This document shows, piece after piece, positions 9,488-20,260 of a stretch of DNA of 64,000 nt (positions are counted from its first letter, which is position 1; every line of letters begins with the position of its first letter). A model generated the notes under the pieces. That model was not told where the DNA came from and did no database searches. It saw only the letters and a program-made list of their open reading frames with translations. The position numbers and the translations under genes were made by a program. The DNA is from Candidatus Eiseniibacteriota bacterium (lineage in GTDB: Bacteria > Eisenbacteria > RBG-16-71-46 > CAIMUX01 > VGJL01). The stretch covers positions 1,120,001 through 1,184,000 of the forward strand of contig CAWBWI010000001.1 of assembly GCA_963792585.1 (NCBI GenBank). The letters are read 5' to 3'.

Positions 9488-11251
9488 ATGCGACGCCGGA
9501 CGCTGCTGCTTCTGCCGTTCTTGCTGCTTCTGCTCGGACAGGCGACCTGGGCGGTCACCTTGATTTCCCGTTCGGCCGGACTCGAGCTCCCGATCAAGGA
9601 AGAGGGAAAGACCGAGTACGAGATTGGGGACGTCAACGGGGACGGCAATCTCGATCTCGCCTCCGTCGGGGATCACGGCTCGCCCTACATCAACAGCGAC
9701 CAACACGGAATCATGGTCTGGCTGGGCGACGGCGCGGGAACCTGGACGGTCCATCAGTTCGGCGACTTCGGCTACGGCGGGTGTGCGCTCGGCGACCTGA
9801 ACCTCGACGGACGACTCGACATCGCCTGGGGCGTGCACCACAACTACGGCGCCGGCATGGGCAGCCGCCTGATGGGGGCGGCCCTCGGGGACGGATCGGG
9901 AGCCTTCTGGACCGACTGGGGCGAAGGTCTCGCCTCCAACGGCGAGACCTATGGGATGTTCTCGACCGCGCTGGCGGACTTCGACGGCAACGGCCGCCTG
10001 GATGTCGCCTGCCAGTCGTTCGGCAGCGGCAACGGCGTTCGAGTCTATGAGAATCACGGCGACGGGACCTGGGGGCAGGTCTGGGCCCAGACGGGCGGCA
10101 ATGCGGGTTTCCGGATCGAGGCCTGCGACTTCGACGCCGATGGCCGTCTCGACATCGCCTGCACGCGCTACGGGACCAACATCTACCGTGGGGACGGCGC
10201 CTTCGGATTTACGCTGACGCAAGCAGGGTTGCCGACCGCGACCATCGCCGCGATCGACGTGGGCGATGCGGACAACGACGGGGCCGACGACATCCTGCTT
10301 TCGATCGGCGCTACCGGTCTGCGCTGCTTTCGATACGACGCCGGCGCATCGACCTGGGTCGAGGCCTCCGCCGGCCTTCCCACGACCGGCACCTACACCC
10401 TCGTCCAGTTTGGGGATCTCAACGGCGATGGCCTGCTCGATACGGTCGGATACTCGGGCCCGGTCGGGCGCGTCTTCTTGGGAGACGGCGGCTCCTCCTG
10501 GACCCTCGACGCGACCTGGACGATGCCCTCTCCGGGCGACAACTCGGCATTGCGGATCGACGGGGACGTTGACCACGACGGGCGCGAAGACATCGTGATC
10601 CAGGCTGTCCAGAGCGGATTCCCGGTCAACCACAACCAGCTGCGGGTCTATTCCCCTTGGCAGGAACCCGACGCGCTTTCGGCGCGGATCACGACCCCCA
10701 AGGGGGGCGAGACGATGCGCGTGGGTTCGATTCGAGAGATCCGGTGGCTCGCGGCGGTGCCCCCATCGCAAGGTCGGGCGCGGGCGTCTCTCGATCTCTC
10801 GATGAGCGGGCCCGAAGGCCCGTGGGTCCCACTCGCCCGGGACTTGCCGGACAACGGCCGTCATGCCTGGCAGGTGGCGCCGCCGGGCAGCTCCAGCCGT
10901 TGCCGGGTGAGGGTGACGATCGCGACACCTTCCGACACGGTGCGCGCGGTCTCATCCGGCGACTTCACGATCCTGCAAGATCCGGCGAGTGTCGGGTCGC
11001 AACCGGGTGGGAACACGTTCTCGATCCGCTGCCTGCCCAATCCGTCTTCGGATCGGGCCTGGATCGTCCTCGAGGGAGCGCCGGCCCCCACCGCTACCAT
11101 CGAGCTCTTCGATCCGAGCGGACGCCGCTACCATCGATCCGAGGTCGCCGCGATCGGAGGGGTGCGGGTTCCCCTCCCCACAGGGGTCTCCTTCGTGCGC
11201 GCCCGAAGCGGAGACGCGGAAGCCTCCATGCGTGTGGTCCGCCTTCCATGA
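9488..11251 (+). CDS. Secreted FG-GAP/VCBS-repeat protein with a C-terminal Ig-like and degenerate T9SS-CTD-like region
   Basis: Signal peptide; about seven 'GD(V/L)NGDG.LD' type repeats; 'ITTPKGGET..VG....IRW' Ig domain; 'PNPS...IELFD.SGR' tail. Confidence 0.85.
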   Translation: MRRRTLLLLPFLLLLLGQATWAVTLISRSAGLELPIKEEGKTEYEIGDVNGDGNLDLASVGDHGSPYINSDQHGIMVWLGDGAGTWTVHQFGDFGYGGCALGDLNLDGRLDIAWGVHHNYGAGMGSRLMGAALGDGSGAFWTDWGEGLASNGETYGMFSTALADFDGNGRLDVACQSFGSGNGVRVYENHGDGTWGQVWAQTGGNAGFRIEACDFDADGRLDIACTRYGTNIYRGDGAFGFTLTQAGLPTATIAAIDVGDADNDGADDILLSIGATGLRCFRYDAGASTWVEASAGLPTTGTYTLVQFGDLNGDGLLDTVGYSGPVGRVFLGDGGSSWTLDATWTMPSPGDNSALRIDGDVDHDGREDIVIQAVQSGFPVNHNQLRVYSPWQEPDALSARITTPKGGETMRVGSIREIRWLAAVPPSQGRARASLDLSMSGPEGPWVPLARDLPDNGRHAWQVAPPGSSSRCRVRVTIATPSDTVRAVSSGDFTILQDPASVGSQPGGNTFSIRCLPNPSSDRAWIVLEGAPAPTATIELFDPSGRRYHRSEVAAIGGVRVPLPTGVSFVRARSGDAEASMRVVRLP

Positions 11252-12048
11252 CACCGCGCCTCTCGGCGGTGAAGGCCGGCCGACACATCCTTCAGATCGG
11301 GATCGCGGCTGCTGCCCTCACGGCCGGAATCCGGCTCGCAACGGGCCATGCGCTCTCGGGGGTCGAGAAGTATTGCCCGTTCGGAGGATTCGAGACCGCC
11401 TGGTCGTTCGTGACGCGACGAAGCTTCAGTTGCGCGGCGGGCGAGTTGAACTTCGCCCTCTTCCTGGCATTGATCGGGCTGACGTTCCTGGCACGCAAGG
11501 CGTTCTGCGCCTGGGTCTGCCCGGTGGGCGCCGTGAGCGAGGGAATCCTGGCCCTCGCGCGTCGCATCGGCGGACGCCTGCCCCTCACGCCTCCCCCCCG
11601 CATCGACGCGGCGCTTCGTTGGTTGCGCCTGCCGGTGCTCGTGGTGATTCTCGCCGCCACCTGGAGGACCGGAGAGCTTGTATTCCGCGGCTATGACCCC
11701 TACTACATCCTCTTCAGCGCGCACGGTCACGAGGTGAAGGTCTGGAGCTACGGTCTCCTTGCGGCCGTCCTCGGACTGGCCCTCCTCGTTCCGATGGCTT
11801 GGTGCCGCTATCTCTGTCCCCTCGGAGTCACCCTCTGGCCCTTCTCCGCGCTCGGCCGTCTGCGCCTGCACCGATCCGAGGCTTCCTGCACCGGCTGCGG
11901 CGCGTGCACGCGCGTCTGTCCGCACGGAATCGCCGTCGGATCGTCGACCGAGATCCGCTCCGGCGAGTGCACCCTCTGCCTCGAATGCGTGGAGGCATGT
12001 CCGGCCGCCGGAGCGCTCGAGCTACGGGTGGAGGCGCTGCGGCGATGA
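11248..12048 (+). CDS. Membrane 4Fe-4S binding protein (NapH/NosR/MauN-like polyferredoxin)
   Basis: 'YCPFGGFET', 'FCAWVCPVG', 'WCRYLCPLG', two clusters 'CTGCGACTRVCP' and 'CTLCLECVEACP'; several TM segments; ATGA overlap with the upstream gene. Confidence 0.9.
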   Translation: MTPRLSAVKAGRHILQIGIAAAALTAGIRLATGHALSGVEKYCPFGGFETAWSFVTRRSFSCAAGELNFALFLALIGLTFLARKAFCAWVCPVGAVSEGILALARRIGGRLPLTPPPRIDAALRWLRLPVLVVILAATWRTGELVFRGYDPYYILFSAHGHEVKVWSYGLLAAVLGLALLVPMAWCRYLCPLGVTLWPFSALGRLRLHRSEASCTGCGACTRVCPHGIAVGSSTEIRSGECTLCLECVEACPAAGALELRVEALRR

Positions 12049-12437
12049 AGGTCTCGCGGTGGATCGTGCCGTGTCTCGTCGTTCTCGCGGCAGCCATCGG
12101 CGTCGGAGGAGCGCGTCTCTTCGCGGCGCCGAGCTTCACGCGCGATTTCGGAACGGCGATCGCGGGGAGGCCCGAGACGGTCAGGATGACCGTACGCGGT
12201 CTCAAGTGCGTCGACACCGCCCGCTCCGTCGCCCGACAACTGGAGGGGGTCCCGGGTGTCCTGCGCTACGTAGCCTACGCCTCCCGCAACGAGGCTCAGG
12301 TGACGTACGACCCAGCGGTGGCGAGCCCGGCCGCCATCGAGGAGGCGATCGAAGGGCCGGTCTTCGTCCAGGAGACCGGAGAGGTTCTCTTCCATACATA
12401 CGAGGTGATCTCGACCCGAGGGGTCCCGATCGACTAG
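12045..12437 (+). CDS. Membrane-anchored HMA-fold protein with a single-Cys metal loop
   Basis: N-terminal TM segment, then 'VRMTVRGLKCVDTARSVARQLEGVPGV...AQVTYDP' HMA pattern; ATGA overlap. Confidence 0.75.
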   Translation: MKVSRWIVPCLVVLAAAIGVGGARLFAAPSFTRDFGTAIAGRPETVRMTVRGLKCVDTARSVARQLEGVPGVLRYVAYASRNEAQVTYDPAVASPAAIEEAIEGPVFVQETGEVLFHTYEVISTRGVPID

Positions 12438-12483
12438 AATGTTCTCAACCTTGCTTTTCACTTCCTGATAGGAGGTTCCGTTC

Positions 12484-12888
12484 ATGAGCCGCTTGAAGAT
12501 GTCCCTCGCCGCCCTGCTCCTTCTGACCATCTGTGCGGGGGTCGGATCCGCCGCCGAACCGACTCCGGCGAAGTCGAGTGCCGCGCCGGCCCAGGAGACT
12601 GCCATTTACTCCGTCCCGAAACTGATGGAGGGGACGCTCCTGAAGGATCTCGCCAAGGCTCTGTCCGGCCAGCCCGGCGTCGTGAGGGCCCAGATCGACA
12701 GCGGGAAGGGAACCTTCAACGTGACCTTCGAGCCGAAGAAGACGGGTCCCGACGAGATCTTGAAGACGATCACCGGCATCTCCAAGGACGCGAAGCTCGT
12801 CTCGGTGGGGCCTGCTGATCCCAAGGCCGCGTCCCAGGATTGCGGAAAGTGTCCGAGCGCCAAGACCTGCGCGGGGGCGAAGAAGTAA
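12484..12888 (+). CDS. Secreted HMA-like protein with C-terminal CxxCPxxxxC tail
   Basis: SD AGGAGG, signal peptide, 'KALSGQPGVVRAQID...VTFEPKK....EIL..I' HMA-like core, tail 'CGKCPSAKTC'. Confidence 0.7.
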   Translation: MSRLKMSLAALLLLTICAGVGSAAEPTPAKSSAAPAQETAIYSVPKLMEGTLLKDLAKALSGQPGVVRAQIDSGKGTFNVTFEPKKTGPDEILKTITGISKDAKLVSVGPADPKAASQDCGKCPSAKTCAGAKK

Positions 12889-12917
12889 CCGCCACCCGGT
12901 CCGCGCCTCCGAAGAAA

Positions 12918-12959
12918 GGCTCTCCTGCGAATTTCCCGATCGGGGATCGCAGGAGAGCC
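12918..12959. terminator. Hairpin between convergent genes (probable bidirectional intrinsic terminator)
   Basis: Perfect 13-bp stem GGCTCTCCTGCGA / TCGCAGGAGAGCC with an A-rich left flank and T-rich right flank. Confidence 0.7.
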
Positions 12960-12986
12960 GTTTGATTGGTTCACGGCCCGGAAGGG

Positions 12987-14210
12987 CTAGATCACGAAGC
13001 GTCCGTTGTCGATGACTCGCTCTTCCCGTCCGTCGCCGCGGACGCCGAAGACCGACACCGCGTCGGAACCGATCATGAAGTCGACATGGACGAGCGCGAC
13101 GTTGCAGCCATCGGCCAGCAGATCCTCGCTCGATTTTCCGGCCGCCCCCTCGACGCACTCCGTGTAGCCGTTCCCCAGGGCGATGTGGCAGGCGGCGTTC
13201 TCGTCGAAGAGAATCGAGTGGAAGATGCGCCCGCTCCGGTAGATTGGTGAGTCGGTGCCGACGAGCGCCACCTCGCCCAGAAAGCGGCCGCGTTCGTCGA
13301 GCTTCAGGAACTGCTCGAGCACAGCCGCGTTCTTCTCCGCCCCGAACTCGACCGCCGTCCCCTTCTCGAAGCGGAACCAGGCCCCCTCGACGTTCGTGCC
13401 CATCACTTCCACCGGACGCGTGCAACGGACCGTTCCTTCGGTTCTCCCCGCATCGGGGGTGGAGAAGATCTCCTCCGTCGGGATGTTCGCAAAGAAGGCG
13501 CGTCCGTCCTTGGCCAGACCGCGCCCGCCGAGGAATCTCCGATTGGGACGCATGCCGACGGTCAGGTCCGTTCCCGGTCCCTTGAAGCGGATCAAGTCGT
13601 AGCGCGCTGCGTTCATGTGCCCGGCCCGTCTCTTGAGCTCGCGATCGTGCAGCTCCCAGGCGGCCGCCGGGTCGCCGGCATCCAGGCGGAGGATCGGGAC
13701 GAGGTGCTTCCAGATTCGCGCCTCCCAGTCCACGGCATCGCCGAGCACCTTCTCCGCCCAGCCCGGGGTTGGATAGAGGCAGACGTTCCAGGCGATCTCG
13801 TTCGAGGAGACCCGTTGGAGCCACTCGCGCGCGGCGATCGAAGCCGCCTTGCGGGCCCGACCGAGCCGTCCCGAGTCGACCCCCTCGAAGATGTCGGGGG
13901 TCTCGGGGCCGACGAGCCCGATGCTCGCCCAGTTCTCGTCCACGTAGGCGCGGTACGTCGGCGGGATGAACGAGGGGACGAAGTCGAGCGAATCCTCCCG
14001 CGCCGCGTCGATCCGGCTGCGATCGATCCTGGGATCGTTCATCTGAACCTGCACGAACGAGGCGCCCAGCTCGTAGGCGCGGCGGGCGAGAACGCCCGCG
14101 AAGCCTCGCTGACCGACCTCCGTGCGGATCAAGACCGGCTGGTTCTCCTGCAGGTTGATCCCGGACTTCAGGATCACGTCTGCGTACTTGCGATCGAGGG
14201 CTTCGTTCAT
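12987..14210 (-). CDS. Aminopeptidase, M29 family (AmpS/PepS/AmpT)
   Basis: Starts MNEALDRKYADVI; 'FANIPTEEIF', 'LGEVALV', 'LFDENAACHIALG', 'HVDFMIG'. ATGA overlap with nuoN. Confidence 0.93.
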   Translation of the reverse strand: MNEALDRKYADVILKSGINLQENQPVLIRTEVGQRGFAGVLARRAYELGASFVQVQMNDPRIDRSRIDAAREDSLDFVPSFIPPTYRAYVDENWASIGLVGPETPDIFEGVDSGRLGRARKAASIAAREWLQRVSSNEIAWNVCLYPTPGWAEKVLGDAVDWEARIWKHLVPILRLDAGDPAAAWELHDRELKRRAGHMNAARYDLIRFKGPGTDLTVGMRPNRRFLGGRGLAKDGRAFFANIPTEEIFSTPDAGRTEGTVRCTRPVEVMGTNVEGAWFRFEKGTAVEFGAEKNAAVLEQFLKLDERGRFLGEVALVGTDSPIYRSGRIFHSILFDENAACHIALGNGYTECVEGAAGKSSEDLLADGCNVALVHVDFMIGSDAVSVFGVRGDGREERVIDNGRFVI

Positions 14211-15747
14211 TGGAAGAGGAACCCCACAGAGCGGTTGACCAGGTCGGCCAGCGGCGCCCAGAAGATCCCCAACAAGACGGTTGGGGTCGCCAAGATCACC
14301 AAGAGGGCCGAGTGGGACCGCGCGAGGGTGAACCGCGGCGCCTTCTCCATCTCCTCCTGTGGGAGCAGGTACATCGCCCGCAGAATCCGGGCGTAATAGA
14401 AGAGCGAGATCACGCTGTTGAGGATACCCACGATCGCGAGCCAGTAGAGCTTGGCGTCGATGACCGCGGCGAAGAGGAAGAACTTGCCCACGAAACCCGC
14501 GAACGGCGGGAGGCCGGTCAACGAGAAGAGGAAGATCGCCATCGTCACGCCGAGCAGGGGTGAGCGCGCGCCGAGCCCCCGGTAGTCGTCCAGGTTCTCC
14601 TCGTTGCCGATCTTCCCGCGAAGGACCGTCACCACGGTGAAGGCCCCGAGGTTCATGAACAGGTAGACGCCGAGATAGAAGAGCACCCCGAAGATCCCGC
14701 GCTGGCTCAGGACCCCGGTCGCGGGATCCACGCTCGCCAGGCCCATGAGGATGTAGCCCGCGTGGGCGATCGAGGAGTAGGCGAGGAGCCGCTTGACGTT
14801 CGTCTGCTGGACGGCGATCACATTGCCCACCGTCATCGTGATCGCTGAGATGACCGCGATCATTGCGGGCCAGTTGACGGCGCCCAGCACGCCGCCCGGG
14901 TTCATCGCGAACACGTGATAGGAGAAGCGCACGAGCATCGCGAAACCCGCCGCCTTCGGCGCGACCGAGAGAAAGGCCGTGAGCGGCGTCGGCGCCCCTT
15001 CGTAGACGTCGGGGCACCAGAAGTGGAAGGGAACGGCCGCGATCTTGTAGCCGATCCCCGCCATCACGAGGAAGCTCGCCACCAGGACGGCAGCCTCGGT
15101 GCCGGGGTGGCCGCCCAACGCCGCGCCGGCCTTGACGAGGTTCAGCTCCCCTGTGAGGCCGTAGAGAATCGAAAGACCGAAGACCATCGCCCCCGAGGAG
15201 ACCGACCCGTAGAGGACGTACTTCAGGGAGGCCTCGCTCGCCCGCTTGTCCTCCTTCACGTAGCCGACGAGGACATAGGAGACGTAGCTCACGAGCTCCA
15301 GGGAGAGGTAGAGCATCAGCATGTTCGTGCTGATCGCCATCAGGAACATGCCGCGACCACGGCGATGAGGAGACCGTAGAACTCCCCCATCTTCCGCTCA
15401 CCGAAGTCGCGGGAGCGCATCGTCAGGACGATCACGATCGCGGCGACGACGATGAAGAAGAGCTTGAAGTAGCTCCCGAGCGGGTCGAAAGCGCACGCAC
15501 CCTGGAAGAGGAGCAGGCCGCGCGCCCCTTGGGGCAGCGCCTGGCCCATCCCGGCGATCGTCGCGATCAAGGCCCCGGCGAGCCCGGCAAGCGCGACCCA
15601 GGCCGACTTGCGCGAGCGGATGTTCTCATCGATCAGATCCGCCGCGATCGCCAGCGTGAAGGTGACGAACAGAATGATCTCCGGCCCGAACCAGCGGACG
15701 CTCGCGATCGTGTCCAGGACCAGGTAGGAACCCAGTCTCTCCAGCAT
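14207..15747 (-). CDS. nuoN: NADH-quinone oxidoreductase subunit N (frameshift near 15350)
   Basis: 'EASLKYVLYG', 'KIAAVPFHFWCPDVYEGAP', 'KRLLAYSSIAHAGY', 'SLTGLPPFAGFVGK'. Confidence 0.93.
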
Positions 15748-15760
15748 CGTCCCCTCCCCC

Positions 15761-17245
15761 CTACGACCGCTTCGCCATTTCGATCACCCAGTCCAGGGAT
15801 CGCGTCATCAGATTCAGGACCGGCATCGGAAAGATGCCGAGGAAGATCACGATCAGCCCGAGCGGAACGAGCGTGAACAGCTCGCGGCCGTTGATGTCCG
15901 GCAGGGTCTTGTACTTCTCGTTCAGCGTGCCGAGGAACATCCGCTGCAGCGTCCAGAGCATGTAGCCCGCGGTGAGCACGATGCCTGCGCCGCGACGATC
16001 GTCAGGGTCTGGAAGACCGGACAGGCCCCCAGGAACACCAGCACCTCGCGAGATGAAGCCCGAGAGCCCGGGCAGGCCCAGCGCGGCGAAGAAGGCGATC
16101 ATCACGATCCCCGTGTAGACCGGCATCTGCAGGGCCAGACCGCCGAAGCCGTCGATGTCGCGATGGTGCGCGCGGTCGTAGATCACGCCGACCAGGAGGA
16201 AGAGCATGGCGGTGATCGTGCCGTGGTTGAACATCTGCAGCACGCGCGCCGTTCATGCCCTGCGGCGTCAGCGCCGCCATGCCGAGCAGCACGTAGCCCA
16301 TGTGGCTGACCGAGGAGTAGGCGACCAGCTTCTTCAAGTCCGTCTGCGCCATCGCGCAGAGCGCGCCGTAGACGATGTTGACGACGCCGAGCAGCGCCAG
16401 GGCTCCCGCGAAGCCACTGCGTCGCCGATCGGGCAGGATCGGGAAGCTGATCCGCAGGATGCCGTAGGTGCCCATCTTCAGGAGCACGCCGGCCAGGATC
16501 ACCGAGATCGCCGTCGGCGCCTCGACGTGCGCGTCGGGCAACCAGGTGTGGAACGGGAAGACCGGGATCTTGATCGCGAAGCCGATGAACAGCGCCAGCC
16601 GCAGACGACGCAGCTGGAAGGTCCGGCCGATAGGCGCGACGTGTCCGCTCCAGAGCTGCGGTCATGTCGAAGGTGTGCGGCTCGTGACGGAAGTAGAGCG
16701 CCAGCATCGCGAGCAGCATCAGCACGCAGCCGACCAGCGTGTAGAGGAAGAACTTGATCGCCGCGTACTCGCGCCGCGGTCCGCCCCAGATGCCGATCAG
16801 GAAGTACATCGGCAGCAGCATGACCTCCCAGAAGACGTAGAAGAGGAAGAAGTCGAGCGCGCAGAAGACGCCCATCATCGCCGGTCTCGAGCAGCAGGAA
16901 GAGCGCGAAGTAGCCCTTGACCGCCTTGTCGATCCCCCACGAGGCGAACATGCAGAGGAAGGAGAGGAGCGCCGTCAGCAGCACCATCGGGATGCTGATC
17001 CCGTCGATCGCCGATGAAGTACTCGATGTTGAAGCGCGGGATCCAGCGGCACCTTCTCGACGAACTGCATCGCCGCCGTCGCCGCGGTCGAAGTTGGCGA
17101 AGAGCCAGATCGAGAGGACGAGCGGCACCGCCGAAGTGATCGCCGCCGTCCACCGGACAAGGTTCGGCCGCTCGCGCGGCAGGAAGAGCACCACCAGCAT
17201 CCCGATGAGTGGGAAGAAGGTCATCCAGGAAAGCACGTGGTCCAT
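15761..17245 (-). CDS. nuoM: NADH-quinone oxidoreductase subunit M (several frameshifts)
   Basis: '[24 protein letters not shown]', 'PDAHVEAPT', '[13 protein letters not shown]', 'QMFNHG' found across frames. Confidence 0.92.
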
Positions 17246-17283
17246 CGTCCTCCTCCACCTCCAGTGCCCTTACCGCGGCGCAC

Positions 17284-19394
17284 CTAAAAGCCTCTGATCA
17301 GCCGCACGACCACGATGACGAGGGCGACGGCGACGAATCCGAGCAAATAGTTCTGGATCTTGCCGGTCTGGACCTTGCGGAACTGCCGGCCCCACGCTCC
17401 GATCAGGGCGGCGACGCCATTGACCGCCCCATCGACGACCCTGTTGTCGAACATGCCCACGACCCAGCTCAGCAGCCTCGTCAGGGTCGCCGAGCCGTTG
17501 ACGATCGCCGTCGATGACGACCAGATCGAACCACTCGAATGCGCCGGCGAGCAGGCAGAACGGGCCGCACCACGCCCGCCCAGGTAGATCTCGTCGATGT
17601 AGTACTTCCGGGTCAGGAGGTTGTGGAGGCCGCTGAGCCGGCGCCGTACCGCGTCCGCCGAGAACCGCTTGCGCCCGTAGAACGCGCCAGGACAGGAGGA
17701 TCCCGGCCGCCCGCCACGAGGATCGAACAGACCATGGCGATCAGGTGGGCGCGGTGCGCCGTCTCATGACCTCCCGCGTGCGCGCCCCCCTCGGTCGCTT
17801 CCAGCCCGTGCCCGGAAGCCGGCGCCGGCTCATGCCCCGCGGCGCCGTGAGGGGTCATCCCCGCTTCTTGAACGGCAAACTCCTCGTGCGCCCCGCTCGC
17901 GGGCGCCGCCTCAGCCGTACGGTAGGACGTAAGATCGGGCTCACGATGACCTTCTGGAACCAGCCGCCCCAGGCCGACCCGACGGCGAGGACGGCAAGCA
18001 CCACCAACGGGATCGTCATCACGCGCGGCGACTCGTGGGCGTGATCGAACCGGTGCTGGTCGCGCGGCACGCCGAGGAAGGTCATGAAGACGACGCGGAA
18101 CATGTAGAAGGCCGTCACCCCCGCCGTCAGCAGCAGGAGGATGAAGATGATCAGGTGGGCCGGCTGCTCCCAGCCGAACTCGAGCGCCGCGGCCAGGATC
18201 GCGTCCTTGCTGAAGAAGCCCGAGAGCCCCGGCACGCCGGAGATCGCCAGCGTGGCGATCAGGAAGGTCCAGAAGGTGATCGGCATCTTCCTCTTCAGCC
18301 CGCCCATCTCGGGCATTTCCTGGCGTGTGGACCGCGTGGATCACGCTTCCGCCGCCGAGGAAGAGGAGGGCCTTGAAGAAGGCGTGCGTCATCAGGTGGA
18401 AGATGCCGGCCATGTAGCCGCCGACCCCCAGCGCGCAGACCATGTAGCCGAGCTGCGAGATCGTCGAGTAGGCGAGCACCTTCTTGATGTCGGTCTGCAC
18501 GATCGCGATGGAGGCGGCGAGCATGGCCGTGATGAGCCCGATGTAGGCGATGAAGAGCATCGCGTCGGGCGCGAAGACGAGGAAGAGCCGGCCGACCATG
18601 TAGACGCCGGCCGCGACCATCGTCGCCGCGTGGATCAAGGCGCTGACACGGGCGTCGGGCCTTCCATCGCGTCGGGCAGCCAGACGTGCAGCGGGAACTG
18701 GGCGGTCTTGCCGATGGCGCCGAAGAAGAGGCCGATCCCCGCCGCCGTCAGAAGGCTGCCCGACAGCGCGCCGTCGGCGACGGCGCGGAAGAGGTCGTCG
18801 TAGTGGAAGGAGCCGATCTTCGCGTAGACGATCATGATCCCGATGAACATCCCGACGTCGCCGATGCGGGTGGTGATGAATGCCTTCTTCGCCGCCTCGC
18901 TGCGCCGATTTCTTCTCGAACCAGTGGCCGATCAGCAGGTAGGAGGAGAGCCCGACCAGTTCCCAGAAGATGTAGAGGACGAGCAGGTTGTCGCAGAGCA
19001 CGATGCCGAGCATCGAGAAGGTGAAAAGGCCCAGATAGGCGAAGTAGCGCGCGTAGCGCACGTCGTCGTGCATGTAGCCGATCGAGAAGAGGTGGACGAG
19101 GAAGCTGACGATCGTCACGACCATCAGCATGACGGCCGTGAGGTTGTCGAAGAGGATACCCATCCTCACCTGGAAATCGCCGAACCCGATCCAAGTGCTC
19201 CCGAAGTGGAGCCGGAAGTTCGGGTCCAGGTTCGGGATCGCCTTCACGAAGCAGAGCATGGAAATCAGCAAGGAGACCCCGAGCGCCCCCGTCGACAGCC
19301 AGTCGCCTCCCCGCGGCAGCTTCCGTCCAATGAAGATCTGGACGACGAAGGCCGCCAGCGGCACGAGCAGAATCAAGAGGAGATTCGTCAGCAT
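17284..19394 (-). CDS. nuoL: NADH-quinone oxidoreductase subunit L (several frameshifts)
   Basis: 'VHLFSIGYM', 'FWELVGLSSYLLIG', 'AQFPLHVWLPDAMEGPTP', 'KKVLAYSTISQLGY'; C-terminus 'QTGKIQNY...LIRGF*' with stop at 17284. Confidence 0.92.
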
Positions 19395-19409
19395 CCCGTG
19401 ACCCCTTCC

Positions 19410-19716
19410 CTATCCCCGCAACGTGTCGACTTCGTCGACGTCGATCGAGTTCGTCCGCTTGTACAGGTTCAGAACGATCGCCAGCGCGATCGCCGCCTCC
19501 GCCGCCGCCATGATGATCACGAAGAGGGCGAAGACCTGCCCCTTGATCCCCGGCGTGCAGATAGCGCGCGAAGGCGATGAAGTTGATGTTCGCCGAGTTG
19601 AGGATCAACTCGATCCCCATGAGGATCGTCACCGCGTTGCGCCGCGTGAGTACGCAGTAGACCCCGAGCACGAAGAGGATCGCGGCGATCGACAGGTAAT
19701 ACTGGAGGGGGATCAT
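19410..19716 (-). CDS. nuoK: NADH-quinone oxidoreductase subunit K (frameshift near 19550)
   Basis: 'MIPLQYYL...[22 protein letters not shown]' followed by '[22 protein letters not shown]'. Confidence 0.92.
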
Positions 19717-20222
19717 CGCCGCACCTCCCTTCGGGCCATGAGCGCGGCCGCGACCAGAACGGCGAAGAGCAGAACGGAGATGACCTCGAACGGCAGCAGG
19801 AAGTCGGTCATCAGGTGCATCCCGATCGCGGGAGGCGTCGGGTGCACGGGCGGCCGATCCACGACCGGCCACGGAGTCCTGAAAATCACCGCGAGCATCA
19901 CGCCCAGCAGGGTCACGCAAATGAACCCGGCCCAGCCGCGCTGGAAGCTCGGGTTCTTCATCTCGAGAGTCGCCACCTTGTGCGTGAGCATCACGCCGAA
20001 GAGCAGGAGGACCAGGATCCCGCCGACGTAGATCATCACCTGAGTCGCGGCGAGGAAGTCCGCCTGCAGGACGCCGTAGAGCCCGGCCACCCCGAATAGC
20101 GTGAACAGCAGGGCGAAGATGCAGTGAACGATCGAGCGGGCGAATGCAACCACCGCCGCCGACCCCACAGTCATCACCGCGAACAGAAGAAAGATGCCGA
20201 GCCGGATCGAATCCGACATCAT
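19713..20222 (-). CDS. nuoJ: NADH-quinone oxidoreductase subunit J
   Basis: 'ADFLAATQVMIYVGGILVLLLFGVML', 'FLLPFEVISVLL'. Confidence 0.93.
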   Translation of the reverse strand: MMSDSIRLGIFLLFAVMTVGSAAVVAFARSIVHCIFALLFTLFGVAGLYGVLQADFLAATQVMIYVGGILVLLLFGVMLTHKVATLEMKNPSFQRGWAGFICVTLLGVMLAVIFRTPWPVVDRPPVHPTPPAIGMHLMTDFLLPFEVISVLLFAVLVAAALMARREVRR

Positions 20223-20260
20223 CGTCCCCCCACCTCCACCGACCCGAGACCCGAGCCGGG

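Noticed and set aside
11248..12888. Selenocysteine read-through in the Fe-S/HMA operon
   Set aside because: The TGA codons at 11249 and 12046 are ordinary ATGA stop/start overlaps, and no in-frame TGA sits at a Cys-equivalent position.
12987..15401. 804-aa ORF as a fusion protein (also the 830-aa ORF 42572-45064 and the 484-aa ORF 18832-20286)
   Set aside because: These are stop-free alternative frames joining separate genes; the real starts are internal (14210, 44317, 42901, 19716).
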